A program made the translations under genes and the position numbers. This document shows positions 41,211 to 51,038 of a stretch of 64,000 nt of DNA, one piece after another (position 1 is the first letter of the stretch; every line of letters starts with the position of its first letter). Source of the stretch: Oscillospiraceae bacterium (lineage in GTDB: Bacteria; Bacillota; Clostridia; Oscillospirales; Ruminococcaceae); the NCBI GenBank assembly GCA_045649685.1, contig JAZRQJ010000007.1:52658-116657 (forward strand), given 5' to 3'. Under the pieces are notes generated by a model. It was not told the DNA's origin. It saw nothing but the letters and a program-made list of their open reading frames with translations, and did not search any database.

Positions 41211-43330
41211 TATATAATTTCAAAATCAATTTTGCCAGAATTTACATTTGCCATAGTGCAGGTTATTGATACGTTTTGGCCTATTCTATAGCTGTGACCA
41301 GTTTTTAAATCGATCAATTTTGTGAATTGATCGAACTGATAGTTACCTTTTAGAGTTTCAATTCTAATAAAACCTTCAATTGTATTTGGGAGGGTAACGA
41401 ACATGCCATTTTTTATTATTGAAGTTATTACCCCATCAAATTGTTTTCCTATATGGTTTTTCATATATTCCGCTTTATAGCAATCTGCAGTGCTTCTTTC
41501 AATAAGCATGGCACGTTTTTCTGTTTCAGTTATATGTTTTGACGCTTCAGAAACAAACTTCGAGTAATGTTTTTTTATAATTTTAGCGGAATCTTTTTTG
41601 TATAAGTAATCAGTTAAAATTCTATGGATTGTTAAATCAGAATATCGTCTTATTGGAGAGGTAAAATGTGTATAGTTATCCAACGCTAAACCATAGTGGC
41701 CTACAGATGAAGGGGAATATCTAGCTTTTGCCATGGATCGTAATACATGCATATTCATTATGGGAAATAGATCTGTATTTCGAGTTTGCTCTAACAGATC
41801 AGATATGATTTTAGGCTTTAGTTTTGGTTTGATGTTCTTACTGTTCAAACCTAATTTTTCTGATAATTCTTTTAGTGCTAGAACTTTTTCGTCACTTGGT
41901 AGTTCGTGGATTCTATATACAAAAGGTATGTTGGCTTCTTTTGCTAAGGTTGCTGCTGCTTCGTTAGCCAATAGCATAAATTCTTCGATAATACCTTCAG
42001 ATATTCCTTGAACTCTTTTTTCGATATTTTTGGTAAAATCATGTTCATCCAAGATTATTTTACTTTCAGTGGTTGAAATTTGAGGAGAACCGCGCTTAAT
42101 TTTATTAGCTTTTAATATTGTATATAACTCTTTCATGAGTAATATAGAGGGTAGAACATCTTTATATTTTTTAATTAAGTTTTTATTTTGATGTTCTCCT
42201 AATATTTCATTTATTTCTTTATATACTCCTTTAATTTTTGACCTGATTATAGTCTTTTTAAAATCAAAATTAATTATTCTTCCGTTAAAATCAACATCAA
42301 TTAAAGCTGAAAATGTTAAACGATTAACATTAGGATTTAAAGAGCAAATACCATTAGAAATGGATGGTGGAAGCATAGGTATAACGCGATTAGCATAATA
42401 TATTGATGTACCTCGCTTATATGCTTCAACATCTAGAATACTCTTAAATGGAATATAGTGAGACACATCAGCAATGTGAACTCCTACGTGATAACAATTA
42501 CTTGATTTTTCAATAGAAACTGCATCGTCTAGATCTTTAGATTCTTCACTATCTATTGTGAAAATCACTTTATTAGTTAAATCAAGACGGTTTTGTTTAA
42601 TTTTTTTTGTGATTTTGGTTTTGGATATTTTGTCAGCTTCATTTAACATCTTATTAGAAAATTCTATATTTGCACCACTAGATTCAACTATTGCGTTAGC
42701 GCAAACGGAAGCTTTTTGAGAACTGCCGCAATTTGTAATTATATTACAAATATGCATATTATGTTTATTGCCTCTTTTGCAAATTTTAGCTATAACTTTG
42801 TCATTGGCTTTAATAGGACAATGATTATTTTTGCTAACTAGCATTAATTCAGATGTTAAATTGTCTGGACTAACGTAATATTTTGATTTCTTCTTGACAA
42901 TAAGTCCTGTGAATTTGCAGTTGTTTTTTTTATATATTAATTTTACAGCGCCCTCTTCAGATTTGCCGGAGATGTGTTTGTTTGGTGCAATAGGGTATAT
43001 AAGAACTAAATCGTCTATCATAGCACCTTTTAAAAATTTTCCAGGTATAAAAATCTTTGCTTCATCAGATAATCTTTGAGCAAAACCGAATTTTTGGCAA
43101 ATTTGTATTATTTTAGCACGATATAAGCCTATGTTCTTTGGATTGTAGAACATATTTTTATGTTTAACAATTAAACCTTCTTCTTTAAGTGATTGTAAAC
43201 ATTTTTCTAGTTCTTTTTTATTTTTTATACCTGCGTATGTTTTTAAATTTTTAAAATCTAAAGCTTCTTTATTCAGCTTGGATAGAATTTTGTTTTTTAA
43301 CATTTTTTTCATTGAAAATCTCCGTTTCAT
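41210..43330 (-). CDS. rnr: ribonuclease R
   Basis: RNB domain motifs 'SKDLDDAVSIE' and 'FTSPIRRYSDL', with a C-terminal S1 domain. The start could be the second Met cluster (MKKMLK). Confidence 0.9.
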   Translation of the reverse strand: MKRRFSMKKMLKNKILSKLNKEALDFKNLKTYAGIKNKKELEKCLQSLKEEGLIVKHKNMFYNPKNIGLYRAKIIQICQKFGFAQRLSDEAKIFIPGKFLKGAMIDDLVLIYPIAPNKHISGKSEEGAVKLIYKKNNCKFTGLIVKKKSKYYVSPDNLTSELMLVSKNNHCPIKANDKVIAKICKRGNKHNMHICNIITNCGSSQKASVCANAIVESSGANIEFSNKMLNEADKISKTKITKKIKQNRLDLTNKVIFTIDSEESKDLDDAVSIEKSSNCYHVGVHIADVSHYIPFKSILDVEAYKRGTSIYYANRVIPMLPPSISNGICSLNPNVNRLTFSALIDVDFNGRIINFDFKKTIIRSKIKGVYKEINEILGEHQNKNLIKKYKDVLPSILLMKELYTILKANKIKRGSPQISTTESKIILDEHDFTKNIEKRVQGISEGIIEEFMLLANEAAATLAKEANIPFVYRIHELPSDEKVLALKELSEKLGLNSKNIKPKLKPKIISDLLEQTRNTDLFPIMNMHVLRSMAKARYSPSSVGHYGLALDNYTHFTSPIRRYSDLTIHRILTDYLYKKDSAKIIKKHYSKFVSEASKHITETEKRAMLIERSTADCYKAEYMKNHIGKQFDGVITSIIKNGMFVTLPNTIEGFIRIETLKGNYQFDQFTKLIDLKTGHSYRIGQNVSITCTMANVNSGKIDFEII

Positions 43331-43344
43331 GTTTATAATAAAAC

Positions 43345-43372
43345 AGCAAAAAACCCGTGAAAAGCCTCACGG
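43345..43372 (-). terminator. intrinsic terminator after secG
   Basis: On the minus strand, CCCGTGA-GGCTTT-TCACGGG is followed by TTTTTTG. Confidence 0.8.
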
Positions 43373-43393
43373 GAATTTATAAATCTAAATAAC

Positions 43394-43651
43394 TTAATTA
43401 GCAAAAAACGCTTCAAAGATGTTAGCCAAAATTGTAATTATAAAAAACACGACTGCAAAGAATGTTGTAGCACGTTTTAATTTAGCATCTTTTGTTCTAT
43501 CACCAGAAGTATTTAAAAAAGAACCCGAACTTCCACCTTGTATTGAACCAGAAAGGCCATTTTCTTTTCCCTCCTGTAATAATACTACTGTTACCAAAAA
43601 GAAAGCCGATATAATTAAAGCAATGCCACCAACTATTTCAAATATTGACAT
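43394..43651 (-). CDS. secG: preprotein translocase subunit SecG
   Basis: About 85 aa with two TM helices, plus 'LLQEGKENGLSGSIQGGSS'. The start is set at MSIFEI behind GGAGG. Confidence 0.82.
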   Translation of the reverse strand: MSIFEIVGGIALIISAFFLVTVVLLQEGKENGLSGSIQGGSSGSFLNTSGDRTKDAKLKRATTFFAVVFFIITILANIFEAFFAN

Positions 43652-43914
43652 ATACATAACCTCCAAACCATAAAAAAAGATCCAATTAACACTACAATAA
43701 TATCATAATACAAAAAAAAATGCAAGACATTTATTAATATAAACAAAAGCATAAGTCTTATTAATTTTGGTGTTTAATTATTTATAGAGAAAAATAAAAG
43801 AATATTTGCTACAAATATGATAAAAATATTATTGATGAAAATTAATTTTTTTGCGTTTGTAAAATTAATTTGAATCTTTGCTGTTTAGAAAAAGTCTAAA
43901 CAGCACTTTTATTT

Positions 43915-46158
43915 TTAAAGTTTTAGTTGATATTCTAAATCATCTGATTTTGGAATTACTCCACGAGCAGGAAGATTTTTGGTCCTAAATTTGTGAGAAT
44001 TGTAAATATCACCGTCGTTATATGTTTTTACATTTTCAACAAAACAGTCTTTATTTAATTTTATAACATTAACACCTTGGGATGTTCTTGTTGATTTTAT
44101 AGATATGAGTGCAGAATCTATAATCAAATATCTTTTGTTGTTTGATATAATTAAGTACTCACTGGATGTTTGCTCAAAAAATAATTTACATACTGGCGAT
44201 ATATCAGAATATGCTTTGGCAAGTTTTTTCCTATTGGTTTTTGTTTTATATGAAGATAATGGTATTTTAGCAAGTTTTCCGTTTTTAAAGAAAAATAAAA
44301 TGTTTCCAGAATAATCCTTAGTTGCTATCATGCCTATTATTTTTTCGTCATTTTCGAAATTAAGTTTGGCTGGAACATATTCCCCTAACGAACTAGCTTT
44401 AGAGTCTTTAAAAGCAGATAAATTTGTTTTATATACTTGACATTTATCACTGAAAAACAGTAAATCTGTATTATTTGTTACATTGAGATGAGTAACTATT
44501 TCATCATTTTCTTTCAGTTTTTGCTCACTATTTAATCTTAATGAATTAGGTGATATTTTCTTTAAATATCCATCTTTGGTTAAAAACAGATTAACAGGAT
44601 GATCGGATATTTCATTTTCATTAAATGTTTCATCTTGTTCAACATTATACAAGAACATAGTTTTACGAGGTTGACCATATTTTTTTATTATTTCTCGCAA
44701 TTCGTCACATATTATTGAGTTAATTTTATTATCACTTTTTAAAATATCTGATAATGTTTTGATATCGTTTTCTAATTCATCTTTTTCGTAAACTCGTTTT
44801 AATATATATTCACGGTTTAAATTACGTAATTTAATTTCAGTAACATATTCAGCTTGAATTTTATCTATTCCAAAGCCTATCATCAAATTAGGAACAACTT
44901 CGCTTTCTTCTTCTGTTTCACGAATAATTTTTATTGTTTTATCTATATCTAATAAAATTTTATTCAAACCTTTTATTAGGTGTAATTTTTTTTCTTTTTT
45001 ATCTAATTTAAATTGAACTCTTCTCTTAACACAATTATATCTAAATTTTCTCCATTCTTGAATTATTTCTTTAATTCCCATAACTTTTGGGGAACCATTA
45101 ACTAGAATATTAAAATTACATGCATATGAGTCTTCAAGTGGAGTATATTTAAATAGTTTCAGCATTAATTTATCTGGATTTGTTCCGCGTTTTAAATCTA
45201 TTGTTAGTTTTAAACCATTCAAATCAGTTTCGTCGCGGATATCAGAAATTTCTTTGATTTTATTTTGCTTTATAAGATCAACTATTTTTTCAATTATTGC
45301 TTCAACAGTAGTTGTGTATGGTATTTCAGTAATATCAATACAGTTATTTTGTTTGTCAAAGCTATATCTACTACGTATTTTTATGGAGCCTTTACCTGTA
45401 TTATATATCTTTTTTAATACAGAATCATCTTTAATTAAAAAACCTCCGCCAGGGAAATCTGGTCCTTGAAGTGTTTCTAATATATCAAAGTTTTCATCTT
45501 TTATTAAATTAATTGTTGTTTCACAGACTTCTTTAAGGTTAAAGGGACATATAGATGATGCCATAGAAACCGCTATTCCAACATTAGAGTTTACTAAAAT
45601 TGACGGAAATTTTGTTGGCAAAAGAGAAGGTTCGGTAGTCGTATTATCATAGTTTGGAACTAGATCGATAGCATTTTGTTCGATTTCATTAAAAAGTTCA
45701 TTACAAATAGGTGCAAGTTTTGCTTCAGTATATCTCGAAGCAGCGTACGCCATGTCTTTGGAATAAAACCTACCGAAATTACCTTTGCTTTCTACATATG
45801 GATGTAATAGTGCTTGATATCCTCTAGATAGACGTACCATTGTTTCATATATTGCAGAGTCTCCGTGAGGGTTAAGTTTCATTGTTGCACCAACAATATT
45901 TGCACTTTTTGTTAATTTTCCAGTTAAAAGGCCCATTTTATACATAGTGTATAATAACTTGCGATGAGATGGTTTGAATCCATCAATTTGAGGAAGTGCT
46001 CTAGAGAGGATAACACTCATTGCATAAGGCATATAGTTTTTTTCTAATGTTTGAGTTATTGGTTGATTTTCAACTACGCCTGCACCTTCAATGTATGTAT
46101 TATCCATCGATACAGATTTACGATTTTCAAATTTTTTCTTTTTCATATTTTTCTCCAA
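43915..46158 (-). CDS. parC: type IIA topoisomerase subunit A (ParC-like)
   Basis: Motif 'LPQIDGFKPSHRKLLY' and catalytic tyrosine context 'AASRYTEAKL'. I saw no GyrA-box (QRRGGKG-like) in the C-terminal domain, which favours ParC over GyrA. Confidence 0.85.
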   Translation of the reverse strand: MEKNMKKKKFENRKSVSMDNTYIEGAGVVENQPITQTLEKNYMPYAMSVILSRALPQIDGFKPSHRKLLYTMYKMGLLTGKLTKSANIVGATMKLNPHGDSAIYETMVRLSRGYQALLHPYVESKGNFGRFYSKDMAYAASRYTEAKLAPICNELFNEIEQNAIDLVPNYDNTTTEPSLLPTKFPSILVNSNVGIAVSMASSICPFNLKEVCETTINLIKDENFDILETLQGPDFPGGGFLIKDDSVLKKIYNTGKGSIKIRSRYSFDKQNNCIDITEIPYTTTVEAIIEKIVDLIKQNKIKEISDIRDETDLNGLKLTIDLKRGTNPDKLMLKLFKYTPLEDSYACNFNILVNGSPKVMGIKEIIQEWRKFRYNCVKRRVQFKLDKKEKKLHLIKGLNKILLDIDKTIKIIRETEEESEVVPNLMIGFGIDKIQAEYVTEIKLRNLNREYILKRVYEKDELENDIKTLSDILKSDNKINSIICDELREIIKKYGQPRKTMFLYNVEQDETFNENEISDHPVNLFLTKDGYLKKISPNSLRLNSEQKLKENDEIVTHLNVTNNTDLLFFSDKCQVYKTNLSAFKDSKASSLGEYVPAKLNFENDEKIIGMIATKDYSGNILFFFKNGKLAKIPLSSYKTKTNRKKLAKAYSDISPVCKLFFEQTSSEYLIISNNKRYLIIDSALISIKSTRTSQGVNVIKLNKDCFVENVKTYNDGDIYNSHKFRTKNLPARGVIPKSDDLEYQLKL

Positions 46159-46168
46159 AACATAATAG

Positions 46169-48142
46169 TTATGAAATGTCTGCTTGACTTATATAATTTG
46201 CTCCAAATTCAGAAATAAAATCTTTTCTGCCTTGTAAATTGTCTCCAAGCATAAGATTAAACATATCAGAAGTTTTTTCAGCTTCTTCTGGAGTTACTTT
46301 AATCAAACGTCTTGTTTGAGGACACATTGTTGTAAGCCACATCATATCAGGTTCATTTTCACCAAGACCTTTAGATCGACTTATATCATATTTTTCGTTA
46401 TTTTTATCTAGTTTATTTAAAATATTAACCTTTTCTTGTTCGTTGTAGGCAAAGTATGTTTTGTTTTTTGCTTTTATTTCAAAGAGAGGTGACTGAGCAA
46501 TATATACAAAATCCTTTTGAATTAAAGTGGGTGTTAAACGGTAAAGCATGGTTAATATTAACGTTCTAATTTGAAATCCATCAACATCCGCATCTGTACA
46601 TATTATTATTTTATTCCATTTCAATCCGTCAATATTAAATAGTGAAAGTTCCTTGTTTGCTTTGGATTTTACTTCAACACCGCATCCAAGAACTTTTATG
46701 ATGTCCCTAATTATATCATTTTTGAATATTTTATCATAATCTGATTTAAGGCAATTTAGTATTTTACCACGGACAGGAATTATTGCTTGAAAGTTTGCAT
46801 CTCGACTTTGTTTACAAGCTCCTAGTGCCGAATCTCCCTCAACAATATATAATTCTCTTAAACTCTTATCTCGAGTTCTGCAATCTACAAATTTGTGAAC
46901 ACGATTTACCATATCCACGCTTCCGAGCAGAGTTTTTTTCAGGTTTAATCGAGTTTTTTCAGCTTTTTCTCTGCTTCGCTTATTTATTAAGATTTGATTT
47001 GCTATCTTTTCACTCTCTATAGGATTTTCTATAAAATAGACTTCTAAATGATGTTTTAAAAAATCTGTCATAGCTTCATATATAAATTTGTTTGTTATAG
47101 ATTTTTTAGTTTGATTTTCATATGAAGTTTGTGTTGAAAATGATGATGAGACGAAAATTAGGCAGTCTTCAATGTCTGAAAATGTTATTTTGCTTTCATT
47201 TTTATTATATTTATTATTTTTCTTTAAAAAGCTATTTATTTCAGAAACAAAAGCTTGTTTTGCAGCTCTTTCTGGAGATCCTCCATGTTCTAACCAGCTA
47301 GAATTGTGATAATATTCCATTAGTTTTACACGGTTTGAAAAGGCAAACGCACATGAAAGCTTAACTTTATATTCTGGTTTATCTGCTCTGTCACGACCTT
47401 TCCTTTCAGAATTACAATAAATAACTGAAGAAAGAGCATTTTCACCAGCTATTTCTTCAACATAATCTTTTATTCCGTTTTTATAGAAAAATTCTTGTGT
47501 TTTTTCATTATCTTTATATATAAAGGTTAGGCCACTATTTACAATGGCTTGGCGTTTTAATACACTTTCAAAATATTCAGAAGGGATCATTATATCTGTA
47601 AAAACTTCAATATCTGGTTTCCATTTTATCTTAGTACCCGTTTGTTTTCTAGATGTTTCTTCAGATTTTAATCCACCAATATTTTCTCCATGTTCAAAAT
47701 ATAGTGTAAATTTTTTTCCATCTCTATATATTTCAACGTCCATATATTCCGAAGCATATTGCGTAGCACAAAGACCCAAACCGTTCAATCCTAATGAATA
47801 TTCATAATTTTGAGCATTATTTGTGTTATATTTTCCGCCGGCATATAGTTCACAGAAAATAAGTTCCCAGTTGTATTTGTTTTCTGATTTATTAAAATCT
47901 ACTGGAATTCCTCGGCCAAAGTCTTCTATTTCTATTGATCCATCGTCAAACTTAGTAATTTTAATTTGATTTCCAAAACCTTCGCGTGCTTCATCTATTG
48001 AATTTGATAAAATTTCAAACACAGAGTGTTCGCAACCTTCCAGACCATCTGACCCAAAAATAACGCCAGGACGTTTTCTAACTCTGTCTGCGCCCTTTAA
48101 AGATTTAATGCTGTCATTATTATATTTTCTATTTGTAGACAT
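46169..48142 (-). CDS. parE: type IIA topoisomerase subunit B (ParE-like)
   Basis: GHKL motifs 'EILSNSIDEA' and 'GLNGLGL'. TOPRIM motifs 'YIVEGDSALG' and 'ICTDADVDGFQI'. Confidence 0.85.
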   Translation of the reverse strand: MSTNRKYNNDSIKSLKGADRVRKRPGVIFGSDGLEGCEHSVFEILSNSIDEAREGFGNQIKITKFDDGSIEIEDFGRGIPVDFNKSENKYNWELIFCELYAGGKYNTNNAQNYEYSLGLNGLGLCATQYASEYMDVEIYRDGKKFTLYFEHGENIGGLKSEETSRKQTGTKIKWKPDIEVFTDIMIPSEYFESVLKRQAIVNSGLTFIYKDNEKTQEFFYKNGIKDYVEEIAGENALSSVIYCNSERKGRDRADKPEYKVKLSCAFAFSNRVKLMEYYHNSSWLEHGGSPERAAKQAFVSEINSFLKKNNKYNKNESKITFSDIEDCLIFVSSSFSTQTSYENQTKKSITNKFIYEAMTDFLKHHLEVYFIENPIESEKIANQILINKRSREKAEKTRLNLKKTLLGSVDMVNRVHKFVDCRTRDKSLRELYIVEGDSALGACKQSRDANFQAIIPVRGKILNCLKSDYDKIFKNDIIRDIIKVLGCGVEVKSKANKELSLFNIDGLKWNKIIICTDADVDGFQIRTLILTMLYRLTPTLIQKDFVYIAQSPLFEIKAKNKTYFAYNEQEKVNILNKLDKNNEKYDISRSKGLGENEPDMMWLTTMCPQTRRLIKVTPEEAEKTSDMFNLMLGDNLQGRKDFISEFGANYISQADIS

Positions 48143-48198
48143 AATTTATAAATCCTATTCTAATTATATTGTATATTTTTTTATGTTTTTATTTAATA

Positions 48199-48996
48199 TT
48201 AATAGTTTACTATTTCTACTTTTTCTAAAATCACTTCAGGATCTGGGGTAGACTTTTCACCTGTTGCAGACATTTCTGAACTTTTTGGGCAACTTGCAAT
48301 TTTCTTTACAACATCTTGTCCCTCAAATGTTTGACCAAAAACAGTATACTGCATGTCTAGACCAGGATATCCTCCAACTTGTTTATAGGTGTTTTTAACG
48401 CTATCGGTATATTCTAATGTTATTTTTGAGCCTTTTTGTTTATATTGTTGATTTACTGTTTGAGATATTTTGTCAAAATCTGCTTTTTTCCCATTTTCAC
48501 TAGACACTATATAAAATTGACTAGATTGTCCAGATGTTTGACTATTTGTTCTGGCAGCACACAATGCACCATTGTAATGGTGAAGGGACTGGTTTAATTC
48601 CACATTAAATCCACTGCCATATATGCTATCGCTATTTCCACCACTTTGAATCATGAAATCTTCTATAACCCTATGAAAAGGTACATTGTTGTACTTTCCT
48701 TTTTGAGCGAGACCTATGAAATTTTGCACTGCTTTTGGAGCAACTTGAGGAAATAGTCTGCATTTAATTATACCGTAATTTTTCACATGAAAAACTGCTA
48801 TTTGTTCTCCTTTTTCTGGTAAAGCTAGTTGATTTTCAATTTTACCTTCTGTAACTAGAGAACTGGCAACTGCTGTGTCCTTGGAACTTGCCGAAGATGT
48901 AGAACTAGATGAGGATTTTTGGGCATTTGAACACCCCGTAATAGAAAAGCAAATTAAAATTGAAATGCCTGTTAAAACATATTTAAACATTTTCAT
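48199..48996 (-). CDS. cyclophilin-type peptidyl-prolyl isomerase lipoprotein
   Basis: Lipobox 'FSITGC', a Ser-rich linker, and the cyclophilin core 'FHRVIEDFMIQSGG'. Confidence 0.87.
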   Translation of the reverse strand: MKMFKYVLTGISILICFSITGCSNAQKSSSSSTSSASSKDTAVASSLVTEGKIENQLALPEKGEQIAVFHVKNYGIIKCRLFPQVAPKAVQNFIGLAQKGKYNNVPFHRVIEDFMIQSGGNSDSIYGSGFNVELNQSLHHYNGALCAARTNSQTSGQSSQFYIVSSENGKKADFDKISQTVNQQYKQKGSKITLEYTDSVKNTYKQVGGYPGLDMQYTVFGQTFEGQDVVKKIASCPKSSEMSATGEKSTPDPEVILEKVEIVNY

Positions 48997-49022
48997 AAAT
49001 TATTACTCCTAACTTTTTAATT

Positions 49023-50423
49023 TTATTTTTTTAACACGAGTCGACTACCTTGCCTTGTTTCTTCAACTAGATAACCTAATTCTTCAATCTCATTGCGCAA
49101 ACTATCGGCAAGAGTAAAATCTTTGTTTGCTCTTGCAATTTTTCTTTTTTCAAACAGGTCTAAAACTTCTTGAGGAATTTCATTATTAGTATTTTTATGG
49201 GTTACGATTCCTAACACACCTGTTAATTCTTCAAATAAATTTTTTATTAACCCCAAATGTTCTTTAGAAGTTGGAACAGTTCCAGAAACATATTTATTCA
49301 TATCTCTTATAAATTCAAAAATTACAGAGATTCCGTCAGCTGTATTAAAATCATTATCCATAACTTTAATGAAATCATCCCTATATTTTTGAATGAGTTG
49401 TTGGTTTTCGTGTGAAACATCACCTTTTGCAGAATTGTTTATTATAAATGACAAGTTTTCTTTGAATGTATACATTCTATTCAATGATGATTTGCACTGC
49501 TTTATTACTTCTTCAGTATAATTGATTGGTGTTCTGTAGTGAGCTTGAACCATTAAGTATCGTATTGGTTCGTAACCATGCTTTTCAGCAACTTCTCTAA
49601 CTGTAAAAAAGTTACCTTTAGATTTAGACATTTTTTCATTATCTATGTTTATATAACCGTTATGCATCCAATAATTTGCAAACTGAACATTGGTTGCACA
49701 TTCACTTTGAGCAATTTCGTTTTCATGGTGTGGAAATATTAGATCTTGACCGCCACAGTGGATATCTATTGTTTTGCCCAAAAAGGTTATTGCCATAGCA
49801 GAACATTCAATGTGCCAACCAGGACGACCATTTCCCCAAGGAGATGGCCAAAATGGTTCACCTGGTTTAGATTTTTTCCACAAAACAAAGTCTAGAGGGT
49901 TTTGTTTTGATGAATTAACTTCAATTCTTTTTCCAATTAATAAGTTATCGATTGGCATATGAGATAACTTACCATACTCTTTAAAGGATTCGGTTTTAAA
50001 ATATACATCTCCGTCAGTCATATATGCGTGATCATTATCAATTAATTTTTTTATTATGTCTATAATAATATCAATTGATTCTGTTACTTTTGGTGCTATG
50101 GATGGGGGGGTTACTCCTAGACCAATCGCATCTTTTTCATACTCTTTTATATATTTTTCAGCAATTAAATTGGCTGATTTATTTTCTTCATTTGCTTTTT
50201 TGATTATTTTGTCATCTATATCAGTAAAATTTTGAACGAACTCTACTTTGTATCCTCTATACTCGAGATATCTTCTAAAACAGTCAAATATAATGATTGG
50301 TCTGGCATTTCCGATATGAATATAGTTGTATACCGTTGGACCACAAGAATACATTGTTACTTCGTTAGGCTTTATAGTATGCAATTCTTCGAGGTTTTTA
50401 CTAAGTGTGTTATATATTTTCAT
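49023..50423 (-). CDS. cysS: cysteine--tRNA ligase
   Basis: HIGH region 'HIGNARP', KMSKS region 'EKMSKSKGN', and zinc-site context 'WHIECSAM'. Confidence 0.96.
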   Translation of the reverse strand: MKIYNTLSKNLEELHTIKPNEVTMYSCGPTVYNYIHIGNARPIIIFDCFRRYLEYRGYKVEFVQNFTDIDDKIIKKANEENKSANLIAEKYIKEYEKDAIGLGVTPPSIAPKVTESIDIIIDIIKKLIDNDHAYMTDGDVYFKTESFKEYGKLSHMPIDNLLIGKRIEVNSSKQNPLDFVLWKKSKPGEPFWPSPWGNGRPGWHIECSAMAITFLGKTIDIHCGGQDLIFPHHENEIAQSECATNVQFANYWMHNGYINIDNEKMSKSKGNFFTVREVAEKHGYEPIRYLMVQAHYRTPINYTEEVIKQCKSSLNRMYTFKENLSFIINNSAKGDVSHENQQLIQKYRDDFIKVMDNDFNTADGISVIFEFIRDMNKYVSGTVPTSKEHLGLIKNLFEELTGVLGIVTHKNTNNEIPQEVLDLFEKRKIARANKDFTLADSLRNEIEELGYLVEETRQGSRLVLKK

Positions 50424-50514
50424 TAAAATAATCCTCCAAAATATGTAGTATAAACAAAAGAATCTGTTTTTATTTCTATTTACACTGTAATTTATTATAC
50501 ATCAAAAGAATACT

Positions 50515-50552
50515 AAAATCAAAAACATTCAATTAAAATTGTTTTTGATTTT
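50515..50552 (-). terminator. AT-rich terminator-like hairpin inside the cysS upstream region
   Basis: Minus-strand RNA reads UCAAAAACA-(12-nt loop)-UGUUUUUGA followed by UUUUAGUAUUCUUUU. The stem has only two G-C pairs. Confidence 0.4.
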
Positions 50553-50632
50553 GAGTTGAAGTATTAAATGGTGTGTTTAATAACTATTATTATTTGAATT
50601 TCACTCTGTTTATTATTTTTATAGCATTTTGG

Positions 50633-50661
50633 ATTATACCATAAAATATGCAGCTTTACAA
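50633..50661 (-). promoter_or_regulatory. sigma-A-type promoter upstream of the hairpin and cysS
   Basis: On the minus strand: TTGTAA (50661-50656), a 17-nt spacer, then TATAAT (50638-50633). A second extended -10 (TGTATAAT, 50501-50494) lies downstream of the hairpin. Confidence 0.55.
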
Positions 50662-51038
50662 TGTTATTGAGTTTTGAAATAGAATATGTACATAATTTGT
50701 TAACAGTTTTTGTTGGATATTTTTTGAGAAAATTATAGTTTTTATTGATTATATAGGATTTATGGGAATTAATTGTTTTAAATTAATATTTTACTATTAT
50801 GTAAACTTATTGTTAATTTTTTGCGATTTTATTGATGAATATCATAAAAAACGATACAATGTTGGGCGTGATCAAGATATTATCTGCTCATTTAGAAATA
50901 TTCTTGATTGGTTAATTATTTACACATACTGTGTCTTTTTCGCTCAGTACTTTCGCTGGCCAGCGTATTGAAGTTAGATTAGGTAACAGTGTGTGAATTA
51001 ACTAGATTTAATGTAGTGAAAGAAAGTGGGTTTTTTTA

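Noticed and set aside
50424-50661. A T-box riboswitch upstream of cysS.
   Set aside because: No T-box core (GGTGGTACCGCG-like), no AGAGA/GA-motif arrangement and no plausible specifier loop were found by eye. Only a weak AT-rich hairpin is present.
50762-50971. A 69-aa plus-strand ORF between cysS and the pilin gene.
   Set aside because: It has no RBS, its composition is hydrophobic and aromatic junk (FYYYVNLLLIFCDF...), and it overlaps probable promoter/operator sequence of the pilin gene.
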